Of a stretch of 64,000 nt of DNA, positions 56,768 to 64,000 are shown piece after piece. The notes under the pieces are model-generated. The model did not search any database. It had not been told where the DNA came from and worked only from the letters and a program-made list of their open reading frames with translations. Position numbers and translations under genes: made by a program. The DNA comes from the human T2T-CHM13v2.0 reference genome, Homo sapiens: the NCBI RefSeq assembly GCF_009914755.1, contig NC_060930.1; one strand, given 5' to 3'. Position 1 is the first letter of the stretch; each line of letters opens with the position of its first letter.

Positions 56768-57542
56768 ATTTGACCATGACCTTGGAGAACTATCATCTGC
56801 TTGTTTAGTGCCCTAGTGAGTCAAAGAAACCTTTATTCTCTTTATCATTTCTCAAAATGAGAAAAACAGTTGGAAAATCCTCAACTCCCACCCTCACCCC
56901 CAAGTTTGAGAAATGCCACTCTGAGGGATTTTCAGTTTCACTTTTCTGGAAAGACGTTCCTTTCTCTCCTTCCTCTTCTCGGGTCTCAGCGATGCCCCCT
57001 GTGTCTCCCACCCCTAGGCCTGCACAGAGGGGACTCAGAGGCCGAGATAATTTACTTTTGCTTTCTTTGCCTTTTCCAGAGCATAGGGGGAAACCGTAAT
57101 TTAGGCGGCTGCTAAGAATAGCTCCCCCAATCCTGGAAAGAGCGTGTGCTTATTTTTGAAAGTGCTCCTTGTCTCTCCCCCAGCCCTGCCTGAGGCTCAC
57201 AGTACAAGTCAGTCAAATTGTTCAGGGCAGCAGTGGTGTCTGGAGACCTGGTTTGAGTTCCTAGGTTCATACCTAGCGTCCTTCTGAGCCTCAAGTTTCT
57301 TCGTCTGTAAAAAGAGAAGATGAAAGTTTGAGATAAACCTCGAACATGGTAGGTGCTCAATAAATAATTACATCTTTATTATGGTTGGAATCACTAGATT
57401 TAGAGGGCAACGCTCTCAATGGGTCAGATAGTACAAGTGAGGAGCCAGTACGATATATTAAGTGGAATCATATGAAATCGGTGTTTCTGTGGACTAAAAA
57501 TAATTGGATATTGTCAGTTGCGTAGGAATCAATCCAGTAATC

Positions 57543-57733
57543 CAGGAGTTGGCAGTCTTTCTATAATGGGCCAGATAGTAAGTGTTTTTGGCTTTGTGGG
57601 CCATACGGTCTCTGTTGCATGGTAGTAGCCGTAGACAATACTTAAATGAATGTGCATGACTGTTCCAGTAAAACTGTATTTGGGAAAACAGTCCGTGGGC
57701 TGAACATGGCCCCTGTAATATCTGCCAAGCCCT
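57543..57733 (-). mobile_element. MER58A
   Basis: GGGCCAGATAGTAAGTGTTTTTGGCTTTGTGGGCCATACGGTCTCTGTTGCA. Confidence 0.85.
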
Positions 57734-57829
57734 ATAGTAATATGTAAAACTAATGAAATTACAGAAAGAAAACTCTCTGTAATACCGTCAACATTCAGGT
57801 ATCTTCGCAAGTAGAACAGCAGCTTATCT

Positions 57830-58030
57830 GTGTAGCTATTAATAGTCTTTACTTTTACTAGGCTCTATTCCAAATGCTTTACAAATATTAACTACTTTAA
57901 TCCTCCTGACAACCCTATGAATTATGTACTATTATATTTCCCCTGTTTTATGGCTGAAGAAACTGAGGCTCAGAGAGGCCAAGTAACTTGTTTGAAGTCA
58001 CCTGGTTAGAGTTGATGGCAACTGAACAGA
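57830..58030 (-). mobile_element. MIR
   Basis: TTTAATCCTCCTGACAACCCTATGA..GAAACTGAGGCTCAGAGAGG. Confidence 0.88.
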
Positions 58031-58599
58031 ATTCAACTGAGTGTGTAGGGTAGAGTTGGGTGATGGTAATTCAACAGCTTCAGGGAGGAAGTGGATGGAT
58101 TAGAGCTAAGAGGAATCCCCAGGTCTGCTTGCTGTCCACCAGCTTGAGGAGATGGTCTGCAGAGGCTTGGGGTGGAAGCAGGTGTGGTGTAGGTGGGCAG
58201 TGGGGAGATGTGTGGGCAGAGAGTCTGGTAGTGTCTCTTGGGACACGAGATGGAAAAGCATAGATTCTTCCTTTGGGAGCCAGGCCCCAAGCTGAGCCTG
58301 GGGCCATTTCCTGGGTGACTCCCAGCAGCACGTGGCACGTGGAGGGTCAGCATATAGGGAGCAATGTCCGCCTGTGGAGCAGGAAATTGTTTACATTCCT
58401 TATGTTCCATGCAGCAGCTCTGGGAAGCTCTGAGCCCCATTCCCAGCCCCAGCCCCAGGGGACCTGGTGGGGAGAGGAGGGCAAAGGAATAGGCTCCCCA
58501 GGATGCCCGCAGCTCTGCCATCAAACCAGGGTACTCGCATACCCTTTCCATTTGCTTTGCCTGTTGATTTAGCCACCAAAGGATGAAGCCACTGGTCAG

Positions 58600-58990
58600 G
58601 ACTCTGGGCTCACACATGCTGTGCTCTTCCTTCTGTGCCTCTGCTTATGCCGTTTTCCTTGCCTGGATTGCCTTTTCCCTCCCCTTGCACCCTTCCTTGA
58701 TTTTCTCCTCTCTTTCAAGGCTGGCTCAATGTCTGCTCCTCCTGGAAGCCTGCCCTGACTTCCCCTTTACCCCCCACCTCCCAGGCTGGACCCGGTCCTC
58801 CTTCTCAGGGCTGCCCAAACACCTCGTTCTCTAACTCTCCTTGTTGTCACTGCCTGGACTCTCCTTGCTTTCCCACTAGAAGGAGACTTTTAGGAAAGGG
58901 ATCACACCTTGTTTACTCCTGGGTCCTCATCACAGGTCAGTGTTCAACACATGGCTAGAAGCTGGTCAAAAGCACATTTGTTTGAATGAG
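58600..58990 (+). mobile_element. L2 3' fragment
   Basis: GCCTCTGCTTATGCCGTTTTCCTTGCCTGGA..CTCCTGGAAGCC..ATTTGTTTGAATGA. Confidence 0.7.
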
Positions 58991-59029
58991 ACACTACTGT
59001 CCTCAAACGTAGCCCTTTCACTTCTAAAA

Positions 59030-59915
59030 CTTGGTCTTTGGGCAACTTGCCTGACCTCTGAGACTCTTAATGTCATCATCAGTAAGAAGGGATCGTGGTA
59101 TCATTGTAGGGTTGGGGGAATAAATGAGATAATGCAGAAAATTATCAGTATAATACCTGGTTCTCAGTAGGTACCTTGGAAGTGACCAGGGACAGATAGT
59201 CAATACCATGTCCTTGTCCTGTTACCCCTGTGTCTGAAGGTAGGAAAGGAGGCAGTTTGATAGGAGGCAATTTGAATGTCCCAAAGCAATAGCATTTTCC
59301 GCAAGAGCTAGAGGAGGGGCTCATGAGTCAGCTTTGGTTCTGTGACAAGACCACTAGGCTTAGAGTAAGAATACTTACTTGTGAGTCCTAGCTCTATCTC
59401 TTAGCAGCTGGGTGTCATAGAGCAAGCCATGTAACAGCTCCTGAAGCCTCAATATTTTTATCTGTAAGAGGGTATAATAATAACCACCTTATAAGGTCAT
59501 TGTGAAGCTGAAATGAGATTGCCCAGCTGTGAGAACACCTGGCCCAGCTCACAGGAAATGCAGAATCATGAATTATTAATATGAATCTGTGTAACACTTG
59601 AGAAAACTCTGAGCAGATCTCAGCTTAGGATACTTTCTGGACGTGTGCCTTATGGCTTAGTGGCTTACTGCTTTAGAGTCAGACAGTCCTGGGTTTGAAT
59701 CCTAGCTATGTCCCTAACTAGCTATGTGACCTTAGGCAAGCTACTTAACCACTCTGAACCACAGTTTTTGTGGCTTTTGTTTTTGTTGTTGCATTTTTGG
59801 TTTTTTCTCCATAAGTTCTATAAAATGAAGCCAGTTATCTCAGAGAGTTGTCGAGGGAATAAAATGTCGACATAGCCAGTGTCTGGCATGTAGGAAAGTC
59901 TCAAGTGTTAGTATT
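59030..59915 (+). mobile_element. Cluster of three same-orientation MIR copies (~59030-59170, ~59350-59550, ~59650-59915)
   Basis: Repeated MIR cores, e.g. GGGTTTGAATCCTAGCT..TGTGACCTTAGGCAAG. Confidence 0.75.
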
Positions 59916-62849
59916 ATTCTGCTTCTATGTAAGACTGAGGGATAAACACTGATGATATGGGGCTTTTGAAGTCCTGAAATGTAAAAGCTGGTGTGTGCAG
60001 TGGCTAGGGGTTAGGGTTTGAGGGTAAGGGCTAGGATTGCATCTTTACCAACCAAATGGAAGGAATCAGCTCAAGTGGTAGGAAGTCCTTCCTGGCTCGG
60101 AGAGCAATGTGGGGGAAGCGCTCAGTACAGGCAGAGGACAGCCCCTTGGGAAGCCTTTGGGAATAGGATCGCGCAGGCAGTATGAAAGGTCAGAGCTGGG
60201 AAAGTCCTTGGAGGTCTTTAGTCAAACCCTGCCATTGCACAGAAAGGAAACTGAGGCCCAGAGAGACTAACACCATGGCCTGCTGAACTCCCGCTGGTGA
60301 GTGACAGAACTGGGACAGGCAATGTGCTTTCACTACAATGTAGAGGGACTGTGATGGTGATGGGTGCAGTCAGGCTGGAGCCACGAGAAGCGTTGCTTAA
60401 CTGGCTGTGACCTATGGTTTGGTGTCTTAGGCCAGTTGGTCTGTGCTTGGGGACTAACAGTCTTGAGGAGACCTTGTCCCCACAGGAAGAGGGGAGGGAG
60501 CAAGGAGACAGGATGTGGAGGGCAGGGAGCTGCTGGCGCTGGGGAAGTTTTCATGGAGAGAAAAGTGGGTGGAGGTGGGGGCAGTTGAAATCTCTCTGGC
60601 CTGAGTTCAAGTCCACTTGGTTTCCTTGTGTCTTTGCATCCCCTTTTCTCCAAATTGCTTCTCAATTCTCCTCCGAGGTGGAAAACTCATTGTTCCTCTT
60701 CTAAAGAGGTTTTGCAGAAATGAATTCCTGTGGCCACTTCACCTTCTCCTCTCCCTGTCCAGGGCCAGTGATGAAGATTTGCTTATCTTTCTACCCAGAG
60801 ATAGCTCAGAGCCCAGGGAAAAGCACAGCTCCCCTGGCCTAGAGGAAGGCAGAGCTGGGTGACTTCATAAATCTGGCCAGGCACATTCCCAGAATGCCAG
60901 GCCTCGGTCACCCCATCATTGCCTGGAGAAGCGCTGAGGCTTGCAGGCTCTGGGCAGGGCGAGTCTTACCTTGCTGGCGATGATGGGAATGGAGGCCCGC
61001 TGCAGGGTGGCGCTTCCTCTAGTGTCGCCCAGTGTGCTCCAAGCATTTCACTTCTATTACTTCCTGTACTCCTCACTGAAACCCAGCGAGGAAGACCCTG
61101 TGATCAGGGTGTCACGGATGAGGAAGCTGGGGCTTCAGAGGTGAAGAGTACTCATGGGCACTAGCTGAGAACACAAAGGTGGGGGAATCCCAGTCTCCTG
61201 ACTTCAAAGCCTCTGCTCCCTACCCCACCCTGCTACTAGGAAGCTGGAGTGAAAGAGGTGTCAGAGCAGGAGCGGGTGAGGAATTAGGGTTCAGATGATG
61301 GAAGCAGCTCCTACTGATGAGGAGAAGGAGGCAGCATTTGGAGCCTCTATAAACCTCTCCTGCTCTCTAGAGGGATTTCTAAACTAAGCTATAGAGATTG
61401 ATCTGCTCTAGCGGAGGGAGGCTATGGCTATGGGGGAGCTGAAGGCAAGGTAAGAAAAGCCCATTGACAGGGAAGACAAGGTCTGCTGGGGCAGTGACCG
61501 GACCACAGCCTGGCTGCTGGAATCCTGGGTTTTAATCTCAGCTCTGTTCCTAGGCCTGTGACCTCAGATAAGACAGTTCCTCTTTGGACCTCCATTTTCG
61601 GATCTCTACCATGAAGTGACCTGATTTCTAAGGCATCTTTTGGCAGAGAACCTGTGATTTTAGTCTTGGATGTTCAGATGGGGCCTTAAGAAAGGGAGGC
61701 AAGGAAAGACTTAGGGTTTGGTTGGGAGGGCATTGTCCTCAGGAGCATAAACATACTTGGGAGCTGTCATACATGCAGCCCCTCAAAAAGACACATATGC
61801 AGCAGCCCCCTGTATGCACGAGGTCCTTCTCTTGGGGGATGGTACTTCCTGTTCGCAGGGTCTGTGTCTACTTCTCCTCTCCTGAGGGCCACTGTGCCTC
61901 ACTCCCCGTACTCAGGGGAGATGCTCTAATATTTAACAACAGGTATGGCACAGGCCCTGGCCAGTCAGAGCAATCATGGCTGTAAACAGCCGGTGTAAGA
62001 CTGTGCCAAGGTGCACCAGCTATATGCCACCCCTGCTGCCATGTCTGATTCCTCTAGTAGAGCCAAGAAAGGTAAGAGGGAGACTAGGGAACAAGAGGCT
62101 GGGGAAGTAAAGGCAGAAAGAGGGGTCACAGGTTCTCCTTGTCCCTCCCTCATGGTGCTGTCATCCCAGCCTCCCCGCTGCCTCTCGGAGCTCCCTTCCC
62201 ATGCCTTGTGCCCTGAACAAAGCAGTCTTGCTTGCCAGCTGCAGCTGCGTTCTGGAGGCTGATGGAACCAAGGGGATCTGGTCTGTATTCCATGTGATCA
62301 TCCCACACTTGACAATGGGCAGGGGACCCCAGGGATTCCACCCCTACCTGCCTGAAGAGTTGGTGCTTTACTAACCCTAATGGTCAGAAACCAGGGCTTT
62401 GTCTTACTCACTCTCTGCCATTGGCTATCAAGTCCCAGGGGAACCCCAAAGTCCCCCTTCCACTCTGTTTTACTCTAATGCTAACCTACTCCAGGTCTTT
62501 GCTGCCATGTCCCTGGATTGCTGTGCTAGCCTGCTGGCTGCTTCTCCTACCCTCAGCCTCTAGGATGGTTCTCTTTTTCCTTACAAAGGTTCTTGATTGC
62601 TTATTAATTGCTAGTAGTCAAGATTTCCATCAGTATTTTTTGACTGATTAATAAGGACCCCTCTTTCCTCCTTTTCCATGAGAATAGGTCATTTCCCAAA
62701 TGGTCAAGAAATATTTATTGAACCCCCATGAAGCACAAGGCTTTTATTGGCTATGGAAATGGGGATGGCTGTCAAAGAAGCAGGAGACACAGCTCCTGCC
62801 CTCCAGGAGCCCTCACGACATTTATGAGAGCCAGCAGCAAAAAGATAAC

Positions 62850-63580
62850 CAGTAATACAACGGCAATCTTCCATAATGTGTTATTTGAGGCTTTTCTGGG
62901 CCTATTAAAAATTCTGTCACAAAGTTTATAAAGAAAGAGAAAATGGAGCTGGTAAAAAATTCTAGAATGACAGTTAAAATAGAGCATGATGTATGAGAGG
63001 CCAGATGAGATTATACTAAATTATTAGCTAGGACTTAGGAAATAAAGCAGTGTTCTCTAGAAGTTACCCTGAGTTCACTAGGAACAAATTATGCCACATT
63101 TATATTGTTCTCTCTTTTGATAAGATTCTAGAGCTTGGTTCAAAGGAGTGTCATAGATTTAGCATATCTTGAGTTCTACAGGGCTTTAGGGGAAATCTCT
63201 CATGTTGACTTTATAGAAAAGAGGGCTAGATGAGAGCATAGTTACATAGATTTAGAGCTGGTTGAAGGACTGTCCCCTGAGAGTATTGATGAAACTTCCC
63301 TGGCATTCCTAGATCAGATTTTTGTGTCATTAGGGTCTGTGTCCTTGATGTGGTCAACATTTTTAGCAAAGATGTGCGTGATGACCACAGAGGCATTCTA
63401 ATCTGTTAATAATCTGAGTCCAGGAGAAATAGCTAAGAATCAGAATTCTAAAATATCTTGACTGCAAACCGATGATACTCAACAGGGATAAAAACAGAAT
63501 TCCATATTTATGGCCAAAAAATTAAGATCTATAAGTATGGGATGGGGAGAATCTTGGCTGGGTAGCAGTTTGGTGCATAA
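62850..63580 (+). mobile_element. Degenerate CR1/L3 ORF2 remnant
   Basis: GTCAACATTTTTAGCAAAGAT, CAACAGGGATAAA, TATGGGATGGGGAGA..TGGCTGGGTAGCAGTT resemble the L3 RT region. Confidence 0.55.
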
Positions 63581-64000
63581 GCTATGGTCTCTCTACTGAA
63601 CCCCCCTAGGTTGTCAGGAACGAGTGGTTGAGGATGATTCTGCCTCTCAGGAGGCATGTGTACTGGTTGTTGGATTGAATTGATCTAGAGGCCATGTGGC
63701 ACCAATGACAGGGGTAGCGTTCTTTCTCAAGCTGGTCATCATTGACCTAGGCTTTCCTAGTGGCGAGCCAAAGCCTTGACCCTTTCTGTCCAATGACTAC
63801 TCAGCTGTTAAACGTCCATCAGTTCTGGTCTCTGGACAGAACAGTGTTCTCTGTGGTTGGCTGGTATGAAAAGAAAATCTGAGCAGATTTCTTCTGAAAA
63901 TCTGAGCAAATGTCAAATACCATTCCAATGATCAGTCCTATTTCTGTACCCAGGCTTCGCTCTGACTCCCCTGGGTAACTCTCTGAGGACAACTGGCCGC

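Overview
Primate (human-like) non-coding genomic DNA, either intronic or intergenic. I cannot name the locus. It is densely tiled with interspersed repeats: 11 Alu insertions (AluJ/AluS), about 30 MIR and many L2 fragments, old L1M pieces, a CR1/L3 remnant, MaLR/ERVL solo LTRs (MST, MLT1, MLT2, LTR16) and hAT/mariner MITEs (MER5, MER20, MER30, MER45A, MER58A, MER81, MER94, MADE1). It also has two G-rich minisatellites (38.2-38.65 kb, 47.5-48.0 kb) and a 2.6-kb degenerate CA-rich tract (51.4-54.0 kb). I can support no protein-coding exon, RNA gene or CRISPR-like system, and the longest ORFs come from repeats. I found no evidence of a new multi-gene system. The most unusual structures are (1) an AluSp with a 5' inversion flanked by one TSD pair, consistent with twin priming, (2) a 138-bp inverted templated copy of local flank inserted into an MST LTR, (3) a ~25-nt Alu stub with intact TSDs, (4) motif-dense VNTRs and (5) candidate enhancer motif clusters. 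Repeat families were called from remembered consensus sequences, so subfamily labels and the boundaries of old elements are approximate.
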